From: Dehalococcoidales bacterium
GTDB lineage: Bacteria > Chloroflexota > Dehalococcoidia > Dehalococcoidales > UBA2162
Reading direction: 5' to 3'
DNA length: 58,192 nt
NCBI GenBank assembly: GCA_037440885.1
Contig: JBBITI010000016.1
Location: 1,543-59,734 of the forward strand
Part shown: positions 45,327 through 53,765 of the stretch, piece by piece
How the letters are laid out: every line of letters begins with the position of its first letter
How positions within the stretch are numbered: the stretch's first letter is position 1
Notes under the pieces: generated by a model
What the model was told of the DNA's origin: nothing
What the model saw: only the letters and a program-made list of their open reading frames with translations
Databases searched by the model: none
Translations under genes and position numbers: made by a program

Positions 45327-45787
45327 TATCCTTCCCACCGGTATTTTTTATTTTGGCGCAGCTTATCGAGACTGCAATTTAAACACAGACCGTTATGGCA
45401 GCATATCATTCCACCGCATTCAGGGCAGCGCCATTTTACTGCTTCCTCTTCCAAAAATTTCGTGATGCCGTGCTTTTTTATGAAATCGAGGTTTTTTATC
45501 ATGCTCATGTGGTACTTGGTGCGATAGCGTTTATCGAGGTCTTTTAACCGGCGGCAGGGAAATGTATCGCATTCATAACAAAAACGCACTAGCCCTTTTC
45601 CCACCAGAGCACATTGTTGTGCCATGAAAGTACAGTTCTTACCACGCGGACGGCAGCCAGGACAGTATTTTTTAGCGAATCCCTTCTTATTCAGGTCGGT
45701 TTTCATCGCCTGGTAGCTGACACACAACCCGCAGTTCATCCCGCAAGGGGCAATAAGCTGTTCTTCGGTGTACTGTTTGGCTTTCAT
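45326..45787 (-). CDS. DUF3795-like Cys-rich protein
   Basis: 153 aa. ..APCGMNCGLCVSY.., ..CPGCR.., ..CYECDTFPC.., ..WRCPECGG..CCHNGLCLNC.. SD AGGAGGA. Confidence 0.7.
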   Translation of the reverse strand: MKAKQYTEEQLIAPCGMNCGLCVSYQAMKTDLNKKGFAKKYCPGCRPRGKNCTFMAQQCALVGKGLVRFCYECDTFPCRRLKDLDKRYRTKYHMSMIKNLDFIKKHGITKFLEEEAVKWRCPECGGMICCHNGLCLNCSLDKLRQNKKYRWEG

Positions 45788-45888
45788 GAGTCCTCCTAGT
45801 TTGTTTATTATACCGGAAGACTCTAGTTCAGGATGTAGTTGTTTTAGGTGGTAAGGTCATCCTTTACTTATACCCCTTTTAGATTTAA

Positions 45889-47289
45889 TCAGGAGTTAGG
45901 TAATTTTGAGAATCCTGTCCGGATTCTCGATTTTCCGGAAAGATAAAGAAAACGGTCGGTTTTCCTGTTATATTCCGGCCAGTTTGAGATCCCTTCGGCC
46001 TTGGGTTTCCCGGTACGGGCAAAACTGGACCATAGTGCCATCATCGCTTCGGAAACCGCCCGGTCCGTGGCATCCAGACCCGGTTTTGCTGATTTTGCCC
46101 CGGACCGGAGGGCATGTACCGAAACTGAATCCCACCAGCCGGTCGAATCGTCCCAGTCTCCAAATACATAGGGGAGTTCCATTGAATGTACTGAGACACA
46201 GCCTTCCTGCTTCCATCCGGCCGGCACCTGGTCGAAGAGGCAGGCATATCCTTTTTGTCCCAACTGCCGGTTAGCTTCAAGCATTTCCACATATGCTTTC
46301 GGTAAGTCAGATATTACCAGCGGGCCAGGGCCGGTAAGTTCACCCAGGTTGGTACTCACGATAAGGGGAACGGCATTGAAGGAATCCGAAGTCAACACCC
46401 GGCTAGGGATATCCGGTATTACCAAGCCGTCTGCCGACGCATCGAAGTCATTTACACTGGGCGGCTTTGAAGGATCACGCACGCCTTGTAATGTTTGGGC
46501 AGCCTTGATGATCTCTTGAGCGGGTACCTTACGGGCTTGTTCTAGTGTTGTAATACCTAGTTTTTTAAACAATTTTTGTCCGCTTTTCTCGCTATCAGCC
46601 ATCGTCATTCCGGTAAGTATTACCATAGAGGTACCGCTTTCACAAATCGCTTTATGAAATAGGCCTTTGGCTAATGGTGAGGCCATCATGATCGATACCT
46701 TCGCCCCACCCCCGGACTCGCCAAAAATCGTGACATTTTCGGGATTGCCGCCAAAGGCCGCAATATTATTTCGAATCCATTGGAGAGATGCGATCAGGTC
46801 AAGGAATAAATAATTCCCGGACACTCCTTTCTCTGATTCTGTAGTCAGCCACGGATGAGCCAATAGCCCTATTGGCCCGAGCCGGTGTGTGAGAGTTACT
46901 ACGACAACACCATATTCCGGTAAACGGTAGTTATTCCAAACCTTATCGCAGCCGCATCCGGAAGCGTAGCCACCCCCATGCATCCATACCATAACCGGTA
47001 ATTTGTCATCGGGAGTTCGGGCTGGAGTAACTACATTGAGGTACAGGCAGTCTTCACTCATCGGCAGATCAGGAGTGATCTTGGAGATAAAAGTTTGTGG
47101 AGACATCGCTGTGAAGCTGGTACATTCGCGAATACCTTTCCAGTTTTTTACCGGTTGCGGTGGTTTCCACCGTAGCTTCCCTACCGGAGGAGCGGCATAA
47201 GGAATCCCCCGGAAAATGGAGACTTCTTTTCCCGGTCTTCCTATGATTGTTCCCGATACATAACCGTTGGCGGTCTTAACCAGTTGCAT
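45889..47289 (-). CDS. Type-B carboxylesterase/lipase (para-nitrobenzyl-esterase-like)
   Basis: ..FRGIPYAAPPVG..RW.., ..EDCLYLNV.., nucleophile elbow ..IFGESGGGA.. I preferred the second of two tandem ATGs on SD spacing. Confidence 0.9.
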   Translation of the reverse strand: MQLVKTANGYVSGTIIGRPGKEVSIFRGIPYAAPPVGKLRWKPPQPVKNWKGIRECTSFTAMSPQTFISKITPDLPMSEDCLYLNVVTPARTPDDKLPVMVWMHGGGYASGCGCDKVWNNYRLPEYGVVVVTLTHRLGPIGLLAHPWLTTESEKGVSGNYLFLDLIASLQWIRNNIAAFGGNPENVTIFGESGGGAKVSIMMASPLAKGLFHKAICESGTSMVILTGMTMADSEKSGQKLFKKLGITTLEQARKVPAQEIIKAAQTLQGVRDPSKPPSVNDFDASADGLVIPDIPSRVLTSDSFNAVPLIVSTNLGELTGPGPLVISDLPKAYVEMLEANRQLGQKGYACLFDQVPAGWKQEGCVSVHSMELPYVFGDWDDSTGWWDSVSVHALRSGAKSAKPGLDATDRAVSEAMMALWSSFARTGKPKAEGISNWPEYNRKTDRFLYLSGKSRIRTGFSKLPNS

Positions 47290-47431
47290 CATTCCCTCCC
47301 AATTTTTTCAATAATATCCGGTTTTCCAGTACTAACTTATTTTTTTTCAAGGTATCAAAAATACCCGGCATTGCTTCTTCCTTCGAATAATTATTTCTTA
47401 GAAGAATACTCGATTAATTCAAACACTTTCC

Positions 47432-48673
47432 CTATGGCACCGCGGCGATCGCCATATCAGATATTCGTTGATAATTAACCGTATCATGATAGTGTTCCAG
47501 CAAGCCGGAACGCAGGAAGATAAAGGTTACATCCCGTTCCGGATCAACCCAAAAACCGGTCCCGCCTAAGCCGAACTTTCCGAAGGTATGCGGTGAGGTG
47601 AAATTACCCATGGTGTTCAAGCTGATCCCCTCACCTCGTATCAAAAGATCCAACCCGATATTGGCTGGTCCTGGCTGCAGTCCGTGTTCTTTAATCACCG
47701 GTGTATGATATTCGTTGACCAGTGTTCCAGTTTGAATCGTAGTGGCTTTTTTTATCGTGGCGGGAGACAAAATACGTACACCTTCCAGTTCACCTTCACA
47801 CCTCAACATCTCCGCAAAACGGAACAGGTCTTCTGCATAGGAGATACATCCCATCCAGGGAATCTCAGCGCCTTCGACAATAAAGCGGTTATGATTTTCC
47901 ACCTCTTCAATGGTCATTTGTCCAGCTTGTCCGAAGGCTGGGTCACGTGCGACGATGGGAACCACACGGGCGCTCAAATCCCGGCGCCGGCCTAAGGCTG
48001 TACTCGTCATTTTCAACGGGCCAAATAGTTCTTCCTGGAAAATATCACGTAAAGCTCTCTTCCCGCCATCCCGCCGCCGGATAATTTCCCCCAGCAGGGC
48101 ATGTCCCCATAACGGGCTGTAACTTACTCTGTTACCCGGAGCGGAGACCAAGTCCAGTTTACATATTTCCTTGATGACCGCCGATAAATTCCCCATTTTC
48201 TCGGCTTCCACCGGGAAAAGGACCTGGGGCGAACCAGCGGTATGTGTCATTACATGAAAAATCGTAACGGTATCTTTGACGCCCCCGCTAAATTCAGGAA
48301 TGATATCAGTCACCCTGGTCGTCAAGGCTAATTCCCCGCGTTCTATTAGTGATAAAATAATCACATCGGTGAAAGCCTTGGTAACCGACAAAATATTGAA
48401 AACATCATTGTAACGCAACGGACGATTTGCGGCGCGGTCGGCATAGCCGATGGCTTCATGTAAACCTATTTTGCCATTACGTGCCACGATGACCGCCGCA
48501 CCATCGTAGAAATTGGATGCTACGTCGCTGTGGATGGCGGCTGAGAGACGTTTCAACTGGAGAATGTTAAAGCCAGAGGATGCCAGTTTTTTCCGAGTTT
48601 GAGATATATCATGTTGTTTCTCCTCCAGACGGGACCGTGTTTTCTTTACTGTAGAATCCTGTGACTTTTCCAT
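47432..48673 (-). CDS. Beta-lactamase-fold serine hydrolase (class C / esterase family)
   Basis: S-x-x-K motif ..ILSVTKAF.. Start ATG 48673 (MEKSQ..) lies behind GGGGGA. Confidence 0.85.
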   Translation of the reverse strand: MEKSQDSTVKKTRSRLEEKQHDISQTRKKLASSGFNILQLKRLSAAIHSDVASNFYDGAAVIVARNGKIGLHEAIGYADRAANRPLRYNDVFNILSVTKAFTDVIILSLIERGELALTTRVTDIIPEFSGGVKDTVTIFHVMTHTAGSPQVLFPVEAEKMGNLSAVIKEICKLDLVSAPGNRVSYSPLWGHALLGEIIRRRDGGKRALRDIFQEELFGPLKMTSTALGRRRDLSARVVPIVARDPAFGQAGQMTIEEVENHNRFIVEGAEIPWMGCISYAEDLFRFAEMLRCEGELEGVRILSPATIKKATTIQTGTLVNEYHTPVIKEHGLQPGPANIGLDLLIRGEGISLNTMGNFTSPHTFGKFGLGGTGFWVDPERDVTFIFLRSGLLEHYHDTVNYQRISDMAIAAVP

Positions 48674-48757
48674 CTTAATCCCCCACAATAAATTGGTCTC
48701 TGGTTTTCAGGTTTATACCTGGAATATCCAGTATCTATAAATGCGGCCGTGAGATCC

Positions 48758-49519
48758 TTACCGCATATACCCCCCACTGGCCACGATGCGGTCGCCGGTC
48801 ACATACCGGGACAGGTCTGAGGCCAGAAATAAAGCGGCGTCCGCAATGTCCGCAGGGTCACCTACTCGACCCATGGGAATTATCTTATTCAAATTTGCGA
48901 AATACTCGTCTTTGGGGATATCTTTCGGACGAACGGCATCATGAAAATCGGTACGCGTGATCCCGGGAAGCAGAGAATTTACGCAGATGTTATATTCCGC
49001 CACATCAATAGCCAGGCATTGAGATAACATGACGACGCCGCTTTTGGCAATACAATAATCGGCGATTACCCGCGAGGGGGAAATAGCACCTACCGAGGCC
49101 ACATTAATGATTTTTCCGTATTTCTGCTCTTTCATGTGAGGCACAACCGCCTTGCAGCACAGAAAGACGCCCTTCAGATTAACCGCCATCACTCGATCCC
49201 ACTGTTCCTCAGTAATATCTACGAAAGGCCTTTCAGGAGGAGAGACAGCCGCATCATTAACCAGGATATCGATTTTGTGGTACCGGCTAATCACCTGTTC
49301 CACCATTTTTTGCACCTGGGAACTGTTCGAAACATCACAAGGGATAAAAAGCCCTTCGCCTTTCCGGTCGGAAACCATCTTCAATGTTTCGGCAGCTTCA
49401 TTGGGACGAACATCTACGATAACAGGCGTACAGCCCTGTTCGGCGAATTTCAGTACCATCGCCCGGCCGATGCCGCGGGCTCCTCCAGTAATCACTGCTA
49501 CCCTGTTTGAAAGCAACAT
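48758..49519 (-). CDS. SDR-family oxidoreductase (FabG-like)
   Basis: 253 aa. ..ITGGARGIGRA.., ..NDAA.., ..Y-x3-K (DYCIAKSG).. Confidence 0.9.
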   Translation of the reverse strand: MLLSNRVAVITGGARGIGRAMVLKFAEQGCTPVIVDVRPNEAAETLKMVSDRKGEGLFIPCDVSNSSQVQKMVEQVISRYHKIDILVNDAAVSPPERPFVDITEEQWDRVMAVNLKGVFLCCKAVVPHMKEQKYGKIINVASVGAISPSRVIADYCIAKSGVVMLSQCLAIDVAEYNICVNSLLPGITRTDFHDAVRPKDIPKDEYFANLNKIIPMGRVGDPADIADAALFLASDLSRYVTGDRIVASGGYMR

Positions 49520-49586
49520 TTCTTCACCTCATAAAGCATAAAATAGCAGCCACTGATAGTGTAAGAGTTGTGTAGCTGTCCTGATA

Positions 49587-50501
49587 TCATAGACCTCGAG
49601 CCAGAGTTCTCGGCATCAGTTTCATCAGTTCTTCGAGCGTCCAAATCCCATCCTTATAGATGCCTCGAATCTCTTCAGGTTCTGAATACAGAGCCACGCG
49701 TCCTTTAGTAGCACCGAAGACCTTTCCACTGATATTTTCCGCCTGGTCAGTTGCCAGATAACATACAATCGGAGCAATTTCCTTCGGGTCGGCTGGTTCG
49801 ATGGTATCTTCATATAGTTGCCGGTCGATGATTCCCGCCTGGTAATACTTACCCCACATCTCACGCCACTGGGTGGGGTTGGAAAGGCGCATTTCGTTCA
49901 ATCTCGTGCCACCAATGGGAGCGATGGCATTACAGGTAATTTTATGTCCTTCCAGTTTCATACGGCTGGCAATTCCCCGGGTTAAACTCACCACTCCACC
50001 TTTAGCAGCAGTATAAGTATCTGCTCCGGTAACACCCAGCCAGGAAGGTGATGTAAAATTAATGATTCGCCCGGTTCCTTGTTTCATCATCGCTTTCAGA
50101 GCATGAGTACAGGTATTGAGTGTCCCCTTTAAAGTAACCGCAAATACTGCATCCGAATCCGCTTCACTCGTTTCCCATAATTGACCGCCTCTCGCAATCG
50201 TGGCGCAGTTAACCAAAACATCGATTTTGCTGTATTCATGGATGCAGGCATCAATAATTCTTTTTGCTGCAGAAAAATCAGCTACCGATTCAAAGCACGT
50301 GGTTGCTACGCCCCCGGTTTTTCTAATGGCAGCCACCACTTCCTTTGCAGGTCCTTGATCCGACCCAACCCCATCGAGTTGTGTCCCGGTATCATTTACC
50401 ACAACCCGGGCTCCATTTTGCGCCATTGCCAGTGCTATTTCTCTGCCCAACCCCCGTCCCCCACCGGCGACCACCACACACTTGCCGTCGAGTATCATCA
50501 T
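49587..50501 (-). CDS. SDR-family oxidoreductase, extended C-terminus
   Basis: 304 aa. ..VAGGGRGLGREIA.., ..NCAT.., ..YTAAKGG.. Confidence 0.8.
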   Translation of the reverse strand: MMILDGKCVVVAGGGRGLGREIALAMAQNGARVVVNDTGTQLDGVGSDQGPAKEVVAAIRKTGGVATTCFESVADFSAAKRIIDACIHEYSKIDVLVNCATIARGGQLWETSEADSDAVFAVTLKGTLNTCTHALKAMMKQGTGRIINFTSPSWLGVTGADTYTAAKGGVVSLTRGIASRMKLEGHKITCNAIAPIGGTRLNEMRLSNPTQWREMWGKYYQAGIIDRQLYEDTIEPADPKEIAPIVCYLATDQAENISGKVFGATKGRVALYSEPEEIRGIYKDGIWTLEELMKLMPRTLARGL

Positions 50502-50521
50502 CGTAACCTCTCATCCTGTTT

Positions 50522-51502
50522 TTAGATTGGTTGCCAATGATATCCCTGTTCTTTACGCTCTATATGACCCAGACCGGGAAAAGGAAAATGAGGGCTGGCA
50601 ACCAGGGCATTATTTGTAATCGCCCATTCACAGAGCTTCCGCCGGGAATTTGCTGCCTGTTCCCGGTTTAGATCATTTGTATAATGCCATTCGGGATGTT
50701 GGAGTTGAAGTGGAAGAATCGCGGCATCAGCCAGTCCTAATAATTTTTCTCGACCGGATGTGACAACGATACTCATCATATAAGAGTGGCCGTGGGCATT
50801 TAAATATTGGATGCCCGGAACGATATCAGTCTGCTCGCTATCAATCAGGGTAAGATGGTCTTTGACCGGTATCAGGCACTGCTGAGCATATTTAAGTTGG
50901 ACAATTTCCGGGACAGGACCACGGTTATACTTATTCAGATTGGATAAGACATCAGGATTTTCCATGATAAATTGCCATTCTTCTTTCCACATAAAAACTC
51001 TGGCATTAGGAAAAGCTAACGATTCCGACCTGGGGTCAACTAGTCCCCCAATATGGTCGGCATGGGCGTGTGTGATAATGATGGTATCGATTTCTGAGGC
51101 TTTTATATCCTCATATCTTAGATTCTCCAGTAGATGACCGCAATCTACCGGATGTCCGGAGATGAAGACCCGTCGTGGTTGTTGAGCTGGTAAAGATGGA
51201 CCAGGATTGTTCATAGATATTGGATCCAAATCGACAAATGTCTTACTCATTCCCGTATCTATCAGGATTTTGTTCTTGCCTGTATCAATATAAAAAACGG
51301 TCCATGGTACATCTACCGGGCTATCCATCTGCAGATGATGGGAATGAAGCAGCGCCGCCGCCTCCTGTGGTGGGGCTCCATTCAACATAGAAGCGATATC
51401 AGCATGTAATATGCCATCCAACACGCTTATTACCCGGAAATCACCGAGATAAAAGGAGTAGGTGTCAAAGTACTTCGACGCCTTTTTTCGCTCTTCCTGC
51501 AT
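50522..51502 (-). CDS. MBL-fold metallo-hydrolase
   Basis: 326 aa. ..ITHAHADHIGG.. (HxHxDH) and downstream His/Asp ligands. Confidence 0.85.
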   Translation of the reverse strand: MQEERKKASKYFDTYSFYLGDFRVISVLDGILHADIASMLNGAPPQEAAALLHSHHLQMDSPVDVPWTVFYIDTGKNKILIDTGMSKTFVDLDPISMNNPGPSLPAQQPRRVFISGHPVDCGHLLENLRYEDIKASEIDTIIITHAHADHIGGLVDPRSESLAFPNARVFMWKEEWQFIMENPDVLSNLNKYNRGPVPEIVQLKYAQQCLIPVKDHLTLIDSEQTDIVPGIQYLNAHGHSYMMSIVVTSGREKLLGLADAAILPLQLQHPEWHYTNDLNREQAANSRRKLCEWAITNNALVASPHFPFPGLGHIERKEQGYHWQPI

Positions 51503-51539
51503 AATTTCCCTTCACTTTATTCCGGGCACACCCTCCGGG

Positions 51540-52586
51540 TTATTTTCGCGGTCTTATCCCCCTGGCATAATTAACCCGGCCTACCCAAAATTCCGCATCA
51601 TCCTCACGCGGGGTTATCCCGATAGCTTTAATACCTGCCCTCATTGTTTGCATGGCTTGATGTGTTAGTCTGCCGCCCGGCTGTCGCAGCATACCGCCGT
51701 TGCCCCCGGCTAACCAGTCAATATACTTGATTCCCACGTAACCACCGCCACTCTGATACAAAGCTACCTTCATGGCGTGCATGTGAACCGGAGATAGTTG
51801 CCAGTAAAGTTCCATTGCTTGATTAAACTCGCCCTGCACGAACAGGTTAAATAACCTGACGATACGGGTATCGGTGGCATCTTCCGGATCATAGATAACA
51901 TATTTGCCGGGGCCCGCCCACTGCTGGTGGTACTTAGGAATGGTGATCGGCCACTCTTCGGGTTCACCGGATTGCTGCAAGATCTGGTCACCCACGAGGT
52001 GGTGCACCTGGGCCATTTTACCGAAGCCGTCGGCAATATAAATTTTTGCTGCTACGACATTCGGTATTTCAGCGATCCGGGCGACCAGTTCCGGGTTAAA
52101 AGCACTGGGGTGAAATCTCCCGAAGTCAAATATGGGCTTGGGCCAGAGATCGACACACAGATTCACCGCATCGCATATCTTCTTAGTGATCTGGTAGATG
52201 TCCTCTTCATTTTTAGCATAGAAGTTGCCCGGGTAACCAAAAAGGGTATGCGTCCCGCCGATTTTTTCGAAATGTTGAAGCAATTCTATGTCCTGTTCGA
52301 CATCATCGATTCCGGTAGTGACCGAAACCAGAATTTTACCTTTGGCTTCGTCACATACAATCTCCATGAACTTTTTACGTTCCTCAAAACTCATCACACC
52401 GATCATCGTTTCACAGAGGACGCTGAACATGCCCTTCCTGATGTTATGCCGGACATCCCATCTGATACCTTCCTCATCAAGTTCCGAGAGGTCCGGAGTA
52501 AAAGATGGCGCGATCGTGCCATCCAGTCCGTTGTAGTGTTTTTTCGCCCATGCTTTTGCTTCCGATTTGGTAAATTCTAAAGCCAT
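51540..52586 (-). CDS. DapA/DHDPS-family (class I aldolase) protein, paralog A
   Basis: 348 aa. ..IPNVVAAKI.. is a Schiff-base Lys context. The N-terminus MALEFTKSEAKAWAKKH.. is shared with the neighbouring paralog. Confidence 0.75.
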   Translation of the reverse strand: MALEFTKSEAKAWAKKHYNGLDGTIAPSFTPDLSELDEEGIRWDVRHNIRKGMFSVLCETMIGVMSFEERKKFMEIVCDEAKGKILVSVTTGIDDVEQDIELLQHFEKIGGTHTLFGYPGNFYAKNEEDIYQITKKICDAVNLCVDLWPKPIFDFGRFHPSAFNPELVARIAEIPNVVAAKIYIADGFGKMAQVHHLVGDQILQQSGEPEEWPITIPKYHQQWAGPGKYVIYDPEDATDTRIVRLFNLFVQGEFNQAMELYWQLSPVHMHAMKVALYQSGGGYVGIKYIDWLAGGNGGMLRQPGGRLTHQAMQTMRAGIKAIGITPREDDAEFWVGRVNYARGIRPRK

Positions 52587-52657
52587 TATCTTTTCCTTAT
52601 ATAAACGTAATTTCCAACTCTTTTTGTGTATTGTATATTCAGGATGTCACCGCTCGG

Positions 52658-53719
52658 TTAATAATGTTTCAACCTTGCCCCTTTGGAATAGTTGACTCTG
52701 CCGACAAAAAACTCTTCTTCATTATCACGAAGCGGGACTCCCAACCCTCGCAGACGAGCCCTGATTCCATCCTTTTGATAGTCGTATAACCTTTGTCCCA
52801 TTGGCTGTCGGACCATACCACCATTACCGCCAAGTAACCACTGGGCATATTTATCGGGCAAGGTATTCACGATTCCGGTATTAAAATATGAATCGGAGCT
52901 TCCCCCGATCGAAACTCCTGCCGGTACCGCACTCATGAAGTCCCAGTACATCTTCATTGCTTTATCCATCTTGCCTTCGACAAACAGGTTGAACATGTTC
53001 ACCATTTTTGGATCATCAGGAGTCTGCGATATGTCATAGGGACCAGCGCCTGCCCACTGCTGCCCGTATTGGGGAATCGTGATCGGCCAGTTGACCTGCA
53101 CGGGGTCATTCACAAGGACTCTGTCTCCGATAATTCGGAAAGACTCGACCATAAAACCGATCGGTCCGCCTCCGCATAGCTTCATGCCCACGACATTGGG
53201 GATATCGGCAATCTTGTCAAGAACGGTCAGCGGGAAATAGCTGGGATGCATATGTTTCACATGGAGTCTGCCGGCGTAAAAATTCACTGGTAGATTGGTA
53301 GCATCGCACATCATTGTGTAATGCCGGTACAGTTCTTCTTGAGATTTGGGGTAAAACTGCACCGGATGGCCGATCAACGCAAAAGTGCCGCCGACTTTCT
53401 CGAAATGGCGTAGCATTTCGATATCTTCGTCGACAGTGTTTTGCAGGATGGTCATCGACACATGTATTTTACCCCTGGCTTCATCGCATACAATCTTCAC
53501 AAATTGCTTGCGCTCTTCAAAGTTCAATGCGCTAGCTTCGACAGCGCAAAGGATACAACTCAGCTTATTCGCGATAAGGTATTGAACATCCCACCTGATA
53601 CCTTCTTCATCCAGTCCGGAAAGATCCGGGGTATATGATGCGTGAATAACGCCTTCCAGTCCCTTCAAATTTTTCTTTGCCCACTGTTTTGCTTCTTTTT
53701 TCGTAAACTCTAATGCCAT
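52658..53719 (-). CDS. DapA/DHDPS-family (class I aldolase) protein, paralog B
   Basis: Starts MALEFTKKEAKQWAKKN.. at ATG 53719 behind AAAGGAGAG. Contains ..IPNVVGMKL.. Confidence 0.75.
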   Translation of the reverse strand: MALEFTKKEAKQWAKKNLKGLEGVIHASYTPDLSGLDEEGIRWDVQYLIANKLSCILCAVEASALNFEERKQFVKIVCDEARGKIHVSMTILQNTVDEDIEMLRHFEKVGGTFALIGHPVQFYPKSQEELYRHYTMMCDATNLPVNFYAGRLHVKHMHPSYFPLTVLDKIADIPNVVGMKLCGGGPIGFMVESFRIIGDRVLVNDPVQVNWPITIPQYGQQWAGAGPYDISQTPDDPKMVNMFNLFVEGKMDKAMKMYWDFMSAVPAGVSIGGSSDSYFNTGIVNTLPDKYAQWLLGGNGGMVRQPMGQRLYDYQKDGIRARLRGLGVPLRDNEEEFFVGRVNYSKGARLKHY

Positions 53720-53765
53720 CTTGCTCTCCTTTCCCGAAGATTTTCTCGACAAACAATTATTTTTG

